A stretch of 64,000 nt of DNA from Anolis carolinensis (lineage: Eukaryota), in NCBI RefSeq assembly GCF_035594765.1, contig NC_085844.1, positions 135,966,622 to 136,030,621 on the forward strand, written 5' to 3'. Shown here piece after piece: positions 12,821-27,800 of the stretch. Within the stretch, counting starts at the first letter, position 1. The number at the start of each line of letters is the position of its first letter. A program made the translations under genes and the position numbers. Below the pieces are notes generated by a model, which worked only from the letters and a program-made list of their open reading frames with translations, had not been told where the DNA came from and made no database searches.

Positions 12821-15800
12821 TCAATACTTCGGTCTTTTTACCTCAACCCTGAAATTAAAGAAATGTATGAGTCACAAGATATGGAACAGCACACCAGTGA
12901 ACCCAAAACACAGGACCACAAAACATGCTAAGATCTTTTCTAAGTCAGTTAGATAAACACTTTTTAAACGCTTGAGTCACATTCAGCAATCATTACTATG
13001 GCATTTCTTATACATATTTGCTAATGCTAGAACATAGAATGTGTGCAATAGCATTATATATATGGGGCATCAAGTTTTCGTAGCCCTATAAAGATGTCAA
13101 GAGAAGAAAATACGGGAATGTTTAATCTCAGAGATGGTAGCTTCAGGTGTTCTTTCAACAAGGAACACACAAACTGCACAATAAACCGAACAGCTTTCTG
13201 AAAGGCTTAGATAGCATTATCTACTCAGACAAAAGATCCATAGAGGCAATGAAACTGACTTCATGTGAGATTTGAGCAATTTAAAGCAGCAAGATTTCTC
13301 TTGGTGAACGCCAAAACACAAATATCTTATTTTGACTAACAATCTGAAAAGAGTGTTTGTACTAGAATCCAGAGCTAAGCACAGTTTTAGAATGAAAGGA
13401 TGTGATGTAAGCCACAGTCTCTACACCAGACTGTTACACTGAAGCTTGAATAAGTTAAATGAAAGTCAGAGCTTCAGTCAAGACCCAAATATTGCCAGCA
13501 CAAAGCTTGTAGCCAAGAACAAGTAGTTTGGGCTAAAGCTTATAGGGTACCTATAAACTATGTTTTGAAAGTTAAAAGCTGATGGAATAAAAATGACTCC
13601 TACTTTAGCATCGTCAGTATAATAATGAAAGACCCTAATATAATGTCAACTATTTGTTACTGTATCGTCAACTACATATTTATAAATGCAAGGTTTTAGG
13701 ATGCCATTTGACAAACTGCTTACTTGATAGTAAAAAAGCTTTGAATATAAGATGAACCTGTCTTCAACCAACACTTGAACTCACCTCCCCCATCACAAAA
13801 ATGTGTAGCTGCAGTCTTTTGAAGGCATGCAATAATATGTACAGTGTAAACTCAAGGGTGCCTTTCAAATAACAATTCAAGGAAAAGCAATTATACTAAC
13901 CCATCAGCCTCCATCTTCTTCCTTTTTTCAATTATCTGTAGAGAAAGTACAATTACTACATTGCAGATATAACAATAACCATTTCCTGTGTTGGGATCAT
14001 ATTTATCTTCAACAAATGAGCATGCACAAAGGATGAATAGACTAAATTGCTTTCTGGTAGGCTTGATCAGCATTCAACCCATTAGAGATGGCTTTTCCAA
14101 ATTAAATTGCTGATTGGAAGGTGGGTCAATCTGAGAATTACCAAAGCTAATTCAGAGCCCTGGAGGGTTGTACAGAAGGGTTTAACAACTGGGCTATGTC
14201 TGTGTAAATTGAAGAAGCCAGCTAGCCAGAGGCTCTCCTTTAAACACCCTAGAAATATCTGTGGAAAGCTCCAAAGAAAACAGCAATCCTTAGAGCCGTG
14301 TTTCTCAACCTGTGGGTTCACAGGTGTTCTGGCCTGCAACTTTCAGAAATCCCAGCCAGTTTACCAGCTGTTAGGATTTCTGGCAGTTGAAGGTCAAAAC
14401 ATCTGGAGACCCACAGGTTGAGAACACTGCCTTAGAAGATAAGGGAGTTATAATGGAAACTGGCTTTCCCCAAGAAACTCACCGCACTGATTTTCTTCCA
14501 CTGACGATCCAATTCAGCCTTGTCATTGGTTTCCTTAAAACGGCGTGTCTTACGGCCTTCAGACATCTTGATTCCATACTGGAATGCCGCTCTAGGAAAA
14601 CAGCAAAAGCAGAAATATAGATGAGAGAAGTGCACCTTCATAGGAGCTGAGAGCGGTTAGTCCTCCCACAGTTCTGGATCTATGTGCTCAGATCTGGCAG
14701 AGTAGACAGATAACTTGAGAAGGACCCCAACCATAAATGATCATAATATTGGGCACACCATTGTCCAGTTTGCATCTTCCCCTCTCAGGACAAGCTACAA
14801 ACATATCTCCCTCTATGAACCATCTCAGAGTTTAAGATCATCTGGAGAGGCCTTGCTCTCGGCTCCGCCTTCTTTGCAGGTGCAATTGGCGGAGACAAGA
14901 CCTAGCCTTCTTGGTGGTGGCCCCTCAGCTATGGAACTCCCTTCCCCAGAGAGATTAGATCAGTTCCCTCCTTCCTGATCTTCTGCAAAAAAGCGAAGAC
15001 ATGGCTCTTTGACCAAGCCTTTGAAAATCTCGTGCAATAATTAGATATGAAAGATGTGTAATTATCCTATGGAACAGTTCCGGACTAAGCCTATGGATCA
15101 CGTGACTTTAATTTGTTGCATGGATTCAAATGCTTTAATTGTTTTAATGGTGAGGTTTATTTTTATTGTACTATATTTTTAAAGGCACTGCCTATGTTGT
15201 GAAGCCGCCTTGAGTCCCCTCCAGGGTTGAGAAAGGCGGGATAAAAGAGCCATAAATAAATAAATAAATAAATACAAACTCACTTGGGCAGAGCCTCTTT
15301 GTTATTCATATACTCGCTGTACTCCTCCTGTGTGTCAAAGTCCCAACGGCCAAGGGGTCCTTTTTTGTTTCCCTTGAAGAGAAAAAGAACAAGGAAAATT
15401 TTAGTCGACTCAGGAACTGAAATGATCTGAACTATACATATTAAACTAGATAGGAAATACTGTGTTTGAAAGTTTCCTTTCTCTATTGGATACACACACA
15501 TCCAAATTATTCAAACAAATAGGCAGAAAGATTATAGATAGAGTTTGCTCTATAATTTTATTTTCAATATATTTTAAAGTTTATTTTTGATTTACTTTAA
15601 AGTGGGATGCGTTAAAAAACATCAGTTCCATACATGCAGCCTAAAGTGAGGCTGATCTCCATTTTATCATTCCATTCTGATGCAAATCAGGTCAAATTTA
15701 AAATGAGAACTGGGAGCAACATCAAATCTGAGATGGTTCAGAATCTATATTCTGAGAGACTTTAGGCATCACTCTCTTTCCTACGGTAGAAATGCATATG

Positions 15801-18800
15801 TTAAAGCTGTAAACCAGTGGTTCTCAACCCGTAGGTCCCCAGGTGTTTTGACCTACAACTCCCAGAAACCCTAACAGCTGGTAAACTGGCTGGGATTTCT
15901 GGGAGTTGTAGGCCAAAACATCTGGGGACCCATAGGTTGAAAACCACTGTTGTAAACAATTGAAAATATACCTGATCCATTTTGCTGTAGTCTACTTCTT
16001 CATCACTATCCACAGCCATGTCATCCATTCTAGAAAAACAAAAACAAATACCTGATAGCTCTCATTCTTCTATTCACATTTCTGGAGGCATGTGAATACA
16101 GACTGCCATCAATATAGCAGCTTAATCTAATCACAAATACGCTAAAGTCATTTGTAATTAAGACTAATAACAAGAAAACATAACCAAGAAGAACTGCTCA
16201 TAAAAATGTAGCAAAGAACAAACTTGGGAATTTCAGCTGAACTTCCAAATACATTTTCCAATATTTAATTTATAGATCACTATGGAATATTTCAAGATCA
16301 GTAGGTTGGATAGAGGTAAATCTGACACAATGAATGAAAGTACACTAACAAAGAATGAGACTTGTAAATCAAATTATATAATGTCCACATTTGTTCTGCA
16401 CAGTAGGGCAAATACCATATTTACTTGACTCTAATGTGCACCTTTTAGGCCATATATACTTGAGTATAAGCCTACCTGAATATAAGCTGAGGCACCTAAT
16501 TTTACCACAAAAACTGGGAAAACTTACAAGATGAGGGTGGGAAATGCAGCAACTACTAGTAAATTTCAAAAATAAAAAATAGATATAAATAAAATTACAT
16601 TAATTGAGGCATCAGTAGGTTAAATGTTTTTGAATATTTCCATAAAACTAATTTAAGATAAGACTGTCCAACTCTGATTTCTTACATACTCAAGTATAAG
16701 CCGATCCAAATATAAGCCAGCCAGGACGCTCACCTGAGTATAAGCGGGCGGGGGGGGGGGGGGGGCTTTTTCAGCCCTAAAAAGGGCTGAAAAACTCAGC
16801 TTAAACTTGAGTATATATGGTACATCACCAAAATTCAGGTGCACATTAGTTTCACGTACTACAGTGATCTTAAGTGCTGAGCCAAAAGAGAAAGCTGCTT
16901 TCATGGAGCAGCCATTGTAGATTTTAGGGCTAAAGTCTTGGGGCCCTGCCCAACCCTCCTTGGATGCATCTACACTGCAGAATCAGTGCACTTAGGTGCT
17001 ACTTTTAATTTCTATTGTTGTTGTTGTTATTATTATTGTTATTATTGTTATTATTATTATCATTACCTTTATTTATATCCCACCTTCCTCTTCATGGGGA
17101 CTCAAGGAGGCCATGGCTTAATATAATGGAATCCTGGGATTTATTATTTTGGAGAGGCATCATTAGTCTCTAATAAATATGGTATTCATAGTGACAGCGG
17201 TTATTAACCGTTTCCACATACCAGCCCAGAAGAGAGTATTTCCTTAAAACAGACTACAATTCAGGATAAAGCAAACTATCATTAAGTTCTAAATGATTTC
17301 TAACACATTGATTCCAATTATGAGGAATACAGAATTCTTACGTTGCAGGGTAGCATTCAGCATAGCTGTTTGACATCCCAAAGAAGTCACCAAGTTGCTT
17401 TTTGTCTTCAGTTTTTTTTAATGTGCTACACGTTGAGGAAAAAGATACATCACCAGGAATTGAACCAACCTGACCTGCATGACTATTGTTATTAACTAGC
17501 TAATGGTTCATAAATTGAATGAGAGAGTTCCACTGCTGAACAGCTCCCACAGTTAGGAAGTTCTTCCTAATATTCAGGTGGAATCTCCTTTTCTGTAATT
17601 TGAAGCCATTGTTCCATCTCTTAATCTCTTGAATGGGAGAGACGAAGCCCTCCCTCCAGTTGGTCATATGCCTCAAGTACAAAATGTGTTTCAGCTTAAT
17701 GTACAGATTGTGGTCTTCTGGACCTTCCTCAACGTCTAAAATAAGTATCCTCTTCGTATGAGGAACTAGATACAAGAAAGTTTTCCTTCAAAAGACAACT
17801 AGAGCTTCCCTAAACAAACTACTGAAGCTGTTTGCACTCAAAACAAGTGCATAAGTTTGTATAATGCATACATATAAAGGATATGATTCCGGCCCTTCCC
17901 AGCCACCTGCACCAGCAAACTTCTCATTGATTGATTTAATCAACTCTTTGGCTGAGCCAGGTCCTAGAAACAAGGAAGATATACAAATAAATGCTTCATT
18001 ATTCTTATTTAAAAGCAATTCCACTCACTATTGCAATGTTCAGAGAAGACTAGAACAGATACTTGGGAATCTTTTATATTTATTAGTTTAATGTAAATTA
18101 ATTTTATATTGGTCTATGGCAAAAATGCATTATTCTCCTGTCTACTTTAACAACCGCACACAAGACAGCACTTGAATCATGTAATAGTCCTCGATCATTC
18201 AGTGACGTAACAGTCCCATAACTAGAAAGCTTGCTTTAAATGTTACTCAGAGTTGAACTGTGACCTACTAACATCTTTGTTACTAATTAAGTAATTAATT
18301 ATAAATAACTAGTCATATGCAATTATGCCAAGCTTTGGATGAAATGAGTTGTGTTCAATAACATTTTATTGTTCAAAACAAAATTTCTTGTTCTTATTAT
18401 TTTTACTATTGAGTTTCAAGCATGTTATTCCCAAGCAAATGCTGATGCTTTTAACAGAAAACAAAATGAAAAAGGTGATTCCTGAAACCTTCCATGCCTG
18501 ACCAATGGAACATAATAATTAAAAATGTGGTATCACACAATACTGCAATAAATGGGTATGAAAATTAGAAGAGCTAAGTATGTACTAAGAAAATAAACTT
18601 TAGTATGTCAATTATGAAATATTGATGGCTCAGCTTCAAAAACAGGCTAGACAAATAATTTCATTACTAAATATGATTGTTTTAAATTCTAGGCAATATG
18701 ATTACAAGTGGAACTTACCTTTATCAATGTCAATAGGCTAAAAAAGGAGAAAGGAAAGAGGAACACATTAATCCCAGAACAACAAAGATGGATCTCCTGC

Positions 18801-21800
18801 TGGAAATGTGCCAGATCTGTTAAATGCTAATATCTCCTCATCCACTGTATTCTTTTCTCATTAAAAAAATAAACAAAGAGACCAGACAAAGACCCAACTG
18901 AAACTTGCCCAAAGCCTCAGCACAATTATTTCAAACCAATTAACAGTATTGGTCTGAAATAACACCATGTAACACGATTTTTGTTCCTGGGTTATAAATG
19001 CCATTTCCTAATTGGTTCTATCTTTAAAACATGGAAAACGTTTATTAAACTGAAAAAAACTTTGTTTTTGTGGGACATTCTGCAGCCATTTTGCTGCAGT
19101 TTTTCAATGAAGACCTCATAAAAGTCTAAACCAATTCAACGTAGTTTGTGGCAGCCACGAAAACAAAGTTTCTGGAGTATAGTAACTACCTTTAGAGGAA
19201 GTACCACACAATCAAACAGGAAACAACACTTTCAAACCTAGATCAAAAATGTTTACAAATTTTGTTACACAGTGATAATTTAACATCTTCCCTGCATGGT
19301 GGCAAAACTTGTGGTTCCCAAGAATTTATCTGAAACTTTAACCTACTACAGCTAATTTTAACTTATTACAGCTCTAGCAAAGTTTAGGGGATTCAACTGG
19401 CCATAGTTGTTTTTCCTCAGCCTGTTTGGTTAAGGTTAAGGTTAAGGTCTTCTTCCTTTTGTTGCAAATCAGGAGACAGAAAAAAGGTCGACTTCATTCC
19501 TAATGATTTGTGGAGGTACGACTAGTTTTATGAAAATTAGTGGTCATAAAATAGTTGGGGCCAAGGCAACTCTTCACACTCCCAAAGATACAGCCTGATG
19601 CCTGGAAGCTGTGTAATCATGCAACAATGAGAAGACTTTACCACAGTTTCAAGGCCAAGATCCTCTCTGCATACCTCATCATCAGCTTTGGGTTTCTCAA
19701 AGTAGCTGTGCCTCTTCTTCTCCTCCTCACGTTCCCGTTCTCGTTCCCTCTCCCGGTCTCGTTCTCGTTCTCGCTCATGTTCCCGGTCTCTCTCCCTTTC
19801 CCGCTCCCGGTCGCGTTCCCTGTATCGCTCTCGCTCCTTCTCCCGAGGCACCTTTGCTGCAGACGGCACGTAATCTCCAATATCCTCAAAAATACTTTTA
19901 GGTCAAACAGATGCAAGTTTGAAAATCAGCTGAGGGATATATACAAATCACACAGAAGAACTAGCAGAACATTCTTTAAAGGCTTCATCAACACACATTA
20001 ATATTTTATCAAGTAATTTTGCCACCAGGTGACTGATTCTGGCTGAAACACAAAATAATTCCTGAACTCTGTAAAAAGGACAAGGCAATATTTATCCTCT
20101 GATAACCCACAAGTCTAAACACATTTCTCTCCATTGCAGGAGGACCCTCTAATAAGGTGGCAGAATCTTGGGGAAAGCCCCAGTTATAATTAAAATAGTG
20201 CAATAATATTGTTAGAAATAATATGCTCAAAGAGGATAGCCTACTTACTTCATATCTGCCTCTGGTGGTTTTTTCTCATCCAGTTTTCCTAAAAAAAAAA
20301 AAAGAGTAATTTGAGAAGGATTCTTCTGTGAATTAGTTATGTTCCAAGTTAGATAATACAGAAACACTATAAAGCAACACCAGTTCCTGCAGACATCTCA
20401 ATATCAATTATGGCGTGCAAAACTGGATACCATGCATCTGCAAAGTCTTTCAAACAGAGCACATGAAATAGGACCTAAAATCCCATCTTAAGTAATCTGC
20501 TATTAGAAGCTATCATTCAGCAGAGAAAAAGGCCACAAGAACCCAAGTTTGGATGTCTTCTCATGATAAATCTTTTAAAGTTTTCCTACATTATATAGAA
20601 CTTTTCCTTTTGTTGCAATTAGTTATGAATAGGCTTACAAGAAGAAAATGATGTCCATATCAACCCTGAACACATGCTCACCCTTGTCCTTCTTCTTGAG
20701 CTTTTTGTTACGGGTTCCTTGCCTCAAGTAGGAAAGAATCTGTGTCAGTTTGCTGATTACAATGTCATTTGTAGTCAATGTGGTCTGAGCCTAAAAAGAA
20801 GAATGGAAAGAATAGCAATCCTATTGCTTGCATAAAATTATTGTTGTTGTTGTTGTTATTGTTATTATTAAAAATAATAACAACTTTATTTATATTCCAC
20901 CCTATCTCCCCAAAGGGGCTCAGGACAGATTCCAAACACAAAAGGCAAACATTAAATGCCCGAACACAACAACAATACACCCATAATAACAAAAATTGAC
21001 AACCCAACATAAAAAAACAAATTATGACTTAGCAACTAAAATTAAATTAAAAATGCAATCTGTTATATCAGACATAAAACAAAACATCAAACATGAAACT
21101 GCTAATTCAGCAAAAGCAGTCAGGACTGTTACCTCCATGGTAGGGCAATCTGCTTTGCTTCTAATCAAGGTTGTGGGGATGTCTGTGTCAGCATATTCAT
21201 CATCAAGGTCTACCACATAAGCCATTCTCCCAGGCAGAAAGAGCTCATTCCGCTCATATGCTTTATTCTTGAACAACATCCGGTAAACGTTACGACCTGA
21301 CAAGAAAGAAGATTCAAGCAGAAGTACCAAATGGCAGGAAGACATTTCCGTTATTCTTCGAGTCAGTACTTCTTCAAACCACATTAAAATCAAAGCTACA
21401 GTATCCAAACAATGTTTATTTTTGATTATCTAAAATAATACCACAACCTAGTCCACAATTCGCAGCACATATTAGCAAGCATCTGAACACTCTTACCTAA
21501 ACGGGTCTTGAATTCAATTTTGTTTTCTGGATCTTCATCTTTTCTTTAAAAAAGAAGAAACATAATAAAAATATATTTCTGTGACTCATTCTCCTTTAAT
21601 GAAAACACTTAACAGATCAGAATTCTGCTATGAAAGAAACATACTTAGTTTCTTTCTGGGGCTTTTCCATCAGCTCTTCCTCTTCTTTTTCTTTGCTGGC
21701 AATCTCTGCACGGACCTAAGAAAAGAGATTTTCTTCGTAAGGCCTCTTGAAGACATTTTGAGTAACACATCCCACCAAATCAGAAAGGCAACTTTAAGAA

Positions 21801-24800
21801 TATGAATAAAGAGAAATATAAACTCTGCTACAATCCTGACTTTTAAAAAAGTTTTAGGTAGCATATTTTGTATATATTAAAAAGATTATATAGTAAACAA
21901 ACGAAAATCCAAAAATAATTAGCTAAGATTCTCAACTAAAGAAGAAACACAAAGACAAGACATACTATAAAACTGTCCGATGTGAACAAGATGAAAGCTC
22001 CCTTCCTGCTCCAATCCAGTCTAAAAAACAGAATCAGCAGCCAAATTGGCAGTGACTCTCAAGGAAACTTACATAGAAAGAACTGAACCTACACTCAAAA
22101 ATACAACCATAAAATCTTTATAACTGGGTTTTTAGCAGATAACATTATGCAACACAATTTTTGTCACTGGGTAATAATTTCCTAATTGGTTCTATTATAC
22201 AAACATGGAAAAGGTTTATTAAACTGAACAAATTTTGTTTTTACAGGACATCCTGCAGTACATTTGGCAAGTTTTTCAATGAATATCTCACCGGGTCTCA
22301 ACCAATTCAACACAGTTTTGTGGCAGTCACAAAAATGAAGTTTCTGAAGTATAACAACTACTTTTAAAGTACGTTCCACACAATTAAACAGGAAATAACA
22401 CTTTCAAACATAATTTTTTTCTCCCAAACATTTTTTTCAAATTTTGTTACATGGTGCAATGCATAGTTCCAAAGAAAGCAAGAAACCATTCTCAGGAACA
22501 TCTATGCTTAAAGCAAACTGCACAGTCCAGAATTTATCTGAAATTCCAGACAAAGTGAATCAAGCACGGAATTTATCACAGCTGACTTGATTAAATGTTT
22601 GTTTTGTTTTGCCTGTTTCAAACAAGTTGTGAAGCTGTCCAAATTCCGAGAGGCAAATATTACAAGCCTAAAATGGAATGATGTTCGATGTGAGTCCATA
22701 CAGATATTGAAGAAGAGATTTCCTAAGGTGAATCACTTTCATGATATTGCATTATCTGGCTTACCTTTTGCAGCAAAGCAAAATCCAAACCCTTCACCAA
22801 GTGAGTGTGCTCCATGTCACCACCCAAGAACTTGGACTCCTGAATTAACTGCCGCCTCTTTTCTGCAGCTGACTTATCCCTAGAATGAGAAAAAAGAAAC
22901 AATGAAATCAAGGTCCCACTGTAACATAAACAAAAAAGCTGCTCTCATGAGTGTACTCACGCCTCTGCAGTGGGTCCCACTGCCCTGTAGTTGGCAGTTG
23001 TGCTGATCAGCTCTGTTTCCTCATAGTCCTTGTTGACACCATCCCTTCTCTCCTTGGCACGGTCCCTATACTTCTCGGCCAGTTCCCTCTCGCGCTCAAT
23101 CTCTTGCTGACGTAGCTTTGCGTAATAGCTGGCATCAGAAAAATAAGTCAGTTACAATCAAAACACAGACGCTATGGCATTGTATCAAAATTGCTATTTC
23201 TATTAACGCATATATCTATCAGCACTAGTTTTCTCCAGATTGCAACACCCATTTTTCTGCTCATCAGTTCTTAGCCTACTTTTTCTATCCAGATGTTCTA
23301 GAAAGTTTGTAATCAGATATGCCCTTATTTTAAACACATGATTCAAGACAATGTTTCATCTACCTTCACCTGTCCAACAATGTGAGGAATCAACAATGCT
23401 ACTGGAAAATTCTCAATCCGTCTTCAACTGGAGACTGGGCACTATCTCTCAATGTGCACTTACTGTTTACTGTTAAGCAGTAGAATCAAAAAGATGTACT
23501 TGTGAAGAGAGACCAGTACCAGACATACAGTAGAGTCTCATCCAACATAAACGGGCCGGCAGAGCATTGGATAAGCGAATATGTTGGATAATAAGGAGGG
23601 ATTAAGGAAAAGCCTATTAAACATCAAATTAGGTTATGATTTTACAAATTAAGCATCAAAACATGTTATACAAGAAATTTGACAGAAAAAGTAGTTCAAT
23701 ACGCAGTAATGCTATGTAGTAATTACTGTATTTACGAATTTAGCACCAAAATATCATGATGTATTGAAAACATTGACTACAAAAATGCGTTGGATAATCC
23801 AGAACATTGGATAAGCGAGTGTTGGATAAGTGAGACTCTACTGTAGTTCACTGACTGCACATGAAGTATTGACATGTCACTAATAATTCACATGCAATGA
23901 TATCAAAGCCCAGAAAAACATCTCATAATATCAAAAGTTATTGCACTCTTTCCGTCTCCAGATGAATTATTGACAAAGACATAGCTGTAGACTCTGTCCC
24001 ACAGGACAAAAGGCAAACTGGCCCAATCCTGGGAAACAAGAATAGCTAGGCATGCCCAAAAATGGTCATTGGCACCTCCAAAATCACAAATAATGCCGCC
24101 TCCTCTAAAGACAAGCACTTGCATGAGTTGAAGCATCAAGGCTTCATTTTTCACACCAAGACTGGATAACCTACGTTAATAACCTTTCCGTAAAGAGCAA
24201 CCATCTTCTTCTGGAAAATGTTTAATTAGAAAGTTTCTTCTATTTTAATAAAAGTTTGGTGCTTTAGGAAAGCCCTGGGCCAGTCTCAGTCTCAATCTCT
24301 CTTTCTTTACCTTTTCTTCTTCCTCCTTCGAGCAGCTGGATCTTCATCTTCATTGTACTCTCTTGGCATTCTGAAGAAGACAAGAAAATTCAAACTCATG
24401 ACAACAGCAGGTAACAATGTAATAATTTCTTTGGTTTTTGTTAGTTGCTTGAATGTTCAGATTGTTTGAGTTCTGGTTAATTGAGAACTATTTCAAAAGC
24501 TAGTTAAGATAAGAAGGTGTAAAGTGAAATCTGTTAAAATCTTCCCTCAGTCATAACCTCACAAAGTGGCTGTAGATCTCTGGATCTCAATCCCCTTAAC
24601 TCAAATACTAAGACAATATATTATCTTTCTTACTGTAAATATAACATATATTGAACACTCTAAATCACCATATAAATATTAAGTTTACTGTTTCAAGTTA
24701 GGTTTATTGGCTTCAGTAGCTATATGGTTGTATACATATCACTTTCTTGTACTGTAAATATGATAAAAAGACCATGTTGTAACTGGGGATCAAAAATATA

Positions 24801-27800
24801 TTGTCTTGGGAGGAAAAGGATATTCAATGATGTTTTGTAAAACAATTACGGAAAATGATGCTTACTCATGATGGCGAGATTTAGAAGGTGGTGCAGATGT
24901 TGGTGTTGCCCGTGGGGTCATAAGAAGCTTACGGAAGTCTTCATTGGTCAGCTTAGATCTATGAGGAAAACAATAGTTTTACTGTAAGAAATACTTCAAT
25001 ATCTTGCATTCAAAACATGCTACAAGGAGGGGGCAGAAAGCAGGCTGTGGGCTCCATGGGATTCTCTAAACTTCAGTTTTATAGGCTTCGAAGTCTTCTA
25101 GCAATACCACAAATTTGATCACGTTTTGTAGGAATTTGGGAGTAGAGCCACAAATCTATCCAAAACGGCACATAAATGCTTTAGTTTGCCATTTCCCACT
25201 CAAGAGTGGTTGGGGATGAAAATACATTGAAGGGTGTACAATTGTGCCAACATGAACTGCTTAATGGTTCATTTTATCCTCCCAGCACCACTCATGAATC
25301 TTTTGTCATTTGGAAATGCTCTATAATTTTTCACTGGTCTTGGTAATATGACTAAATGCTGAGGCTACCAGAACACTCTGCCTCTGACTTTTCAACATGA
25401 GGTCAGAGACAATCCCCATCTCCAGCTCCAAGTCTGAAGCTAGAGACAAGAGCAGGAATTATCCGTGCAGTTGTGCTGGGATTCTGGAACCCAATACAGT
25501 TTCAGATTATTTGTGCCTCTTCCACAGCTGAAAGCTAGAGAGAAAGTTTGGAATTTCTTGTATCACAAGTACAACTGAACACTATCAATGATGAATGACA
25601 CTACAGAACCCTGGGCACTTACAATGGATAAGAATTTGACCTCAAATGTCAAAAATGATTCCTACTTCAAAATACAATGAGAAAGCTCTACTCACTGGTT
25701 AAATGAGTGGGAATCATCTATCTCATGGCCATCTGGGGCCAGAGGGTTAGAGAACGGTTCACCTAGAAAGAAGAGAAAGACAGCAGATTACAAACTAACA
25801 AATATGCATGCTGCATTGAAAGGCATGTGCAAACACTACTCACCCAGATTAAAGGACATGTTAAACAAAAAGTGGGCATTCAGGAAACATGTGAGACAAA
25901 GAAAAGCTAAGAGTGTTAGTGAGAATACAAAGTATCACTAATAAGTTTTAGACTCACTAAACTGAAAGTACTGCACTGCTTCTTACCCTAGTGGTAAGGA
26001 AAAACTGAAACCTTAAATAGTTAAGGAGAAACAGCTCTTGGGTAATCACTGGTCCAAGGCAAAACCATTCGTTTATTTTCTACCCAGACATCATCAGCCC
26101 ATTTTGTTTGTTTATTTATTTATTTATAATAAAATAGTATTATCATTATATATTATCAGTAGTATTATATTTAATATATTAGTATTATTATCTTATGTAA
26201 TCCAGCTCCATTTTATAACAAGCACATGGCAAAAATACTATGGACAGCTACACACAGGGAAAGCAATTTTCATGAAATTATAGGGACTACCTTAGATTTT
26301 CATATGCTCACTTTTACTCAAATTAGCAACTTTGAAACTCTAACCTAAATTCACAGTCACAAAACTGTGAATCCACAGCAAATTGTTAAATCTAATGCCC
26401 TCAACATTATTAGATGAGTGTTACCTGTAATGTGATATTGAAAAACAGACTTTGCACCTGTAGCCAGTGTTAGGTGGAAGACATTGTGGAAGACTATATG
26501 CTAAACTGCTAAATATGCTAAACTGTCCTTTGTATTGTGACCCAAGAGAAAGATATTTGAAACCCCTGCTGATAAAAGACAATAGCAACTCTCTTGTAGA
26601 AACGGTTCAGTTTTTGCTAAGTGACTCAAATGATTATGTAAACATATAAAGTGGCCCTCTTTGTGTTGTCTGCAAAAAAAAAGTCTGAAAGGGAGAGCTA
26701 GTCCCTGGTCAAAGTAATCCCTGGTCAAGTGGTCCCTGATTTTTTTAAAAAAGGTTGGGAACTACTGGCTCGAAAAATACAAGGATAGCTCTTGTAGTTT
26801 TTTAAAATTTTTGTTTATAAAAACTTTGAAAATTTCCCAGAAATCTGTGGATAAGTGAAAAGTTCTAAAACTTGATGGACTAACAATGGTAAATGTTTTC
26901 TACTATTGTAGAAAGTTTCACCCCATTAGCTGTGAAAAGCCCCTGAAGTTTCCCCACTTGCACAATTACTGTAAAGAAAAAGTAACAAATTTTTCAAGAA
27001 TACTTTAGAAACAAAACACCAGCACTCCTATTTTTTTATCGATCACACATGCCTAATGTTTATTTATATACCACTTTCCCCTTCTTAATTCCCTATTTTC
27101 AAACAGGCTTGAAATGTAACACCCAGAATCCCTGCAGCTCCCTCTCCAAAGAAGGCAAAGGAAAACCCCGCCTGGATCTACATGGACATAATATAATAAA
27201 ATAACAATTAAAAATAACTTTATTTCTATTCCACCTTATCTCCCCAAAGGGACCCGGGACGGATTCCAACAAACAACGGCTTACATTCATAAAACTTCAT
27301 ATAACAGATAAATATTGGCATAAAATCCCAACAAGACCCCACACATGAAAACAGTGTTAAAAACCTAACATCAAATTAAACCTAATATCAGTGAATTGAA
27401 CATAAAATTGATAAATTAAACCTATATAGTCAGACAGAAATTATATAGTGATATAAAATCTAAATAAACATTCCCAGTAATTTACAAAAGCCAACTGAAG
27501 TTCAACACAGTTGTGTGGGTTGGATTATGTAGCCTATGGTGGTAAACTGGACTGATATAGACTAAGGGCCTTTCCACACAGCCCTATAATCCAGAATATC
27601 AAGGCAGAAAATCCCACAATAGCTGCTTTGAACTGGGTTATCTGAGTCCACACTCAGATAATGAGAGATTTTCTGGGATACAGGGCTGTGTAGAAGGGCC
27701 CCAACAGAGCTCAGATACAGCATAGTTCTCAATCAGGATCCGGAAATGGTCTGTCATTAATTAATCCTCTTCCTCTACATAAGCTAATGAGCAGAAGTAG

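Noticed and set aside
19555-20001. Antisense and alternate-frame ORFs over the IK RE/RD repeat
   Set aside because: By-products of the low-complexity coding repeat.
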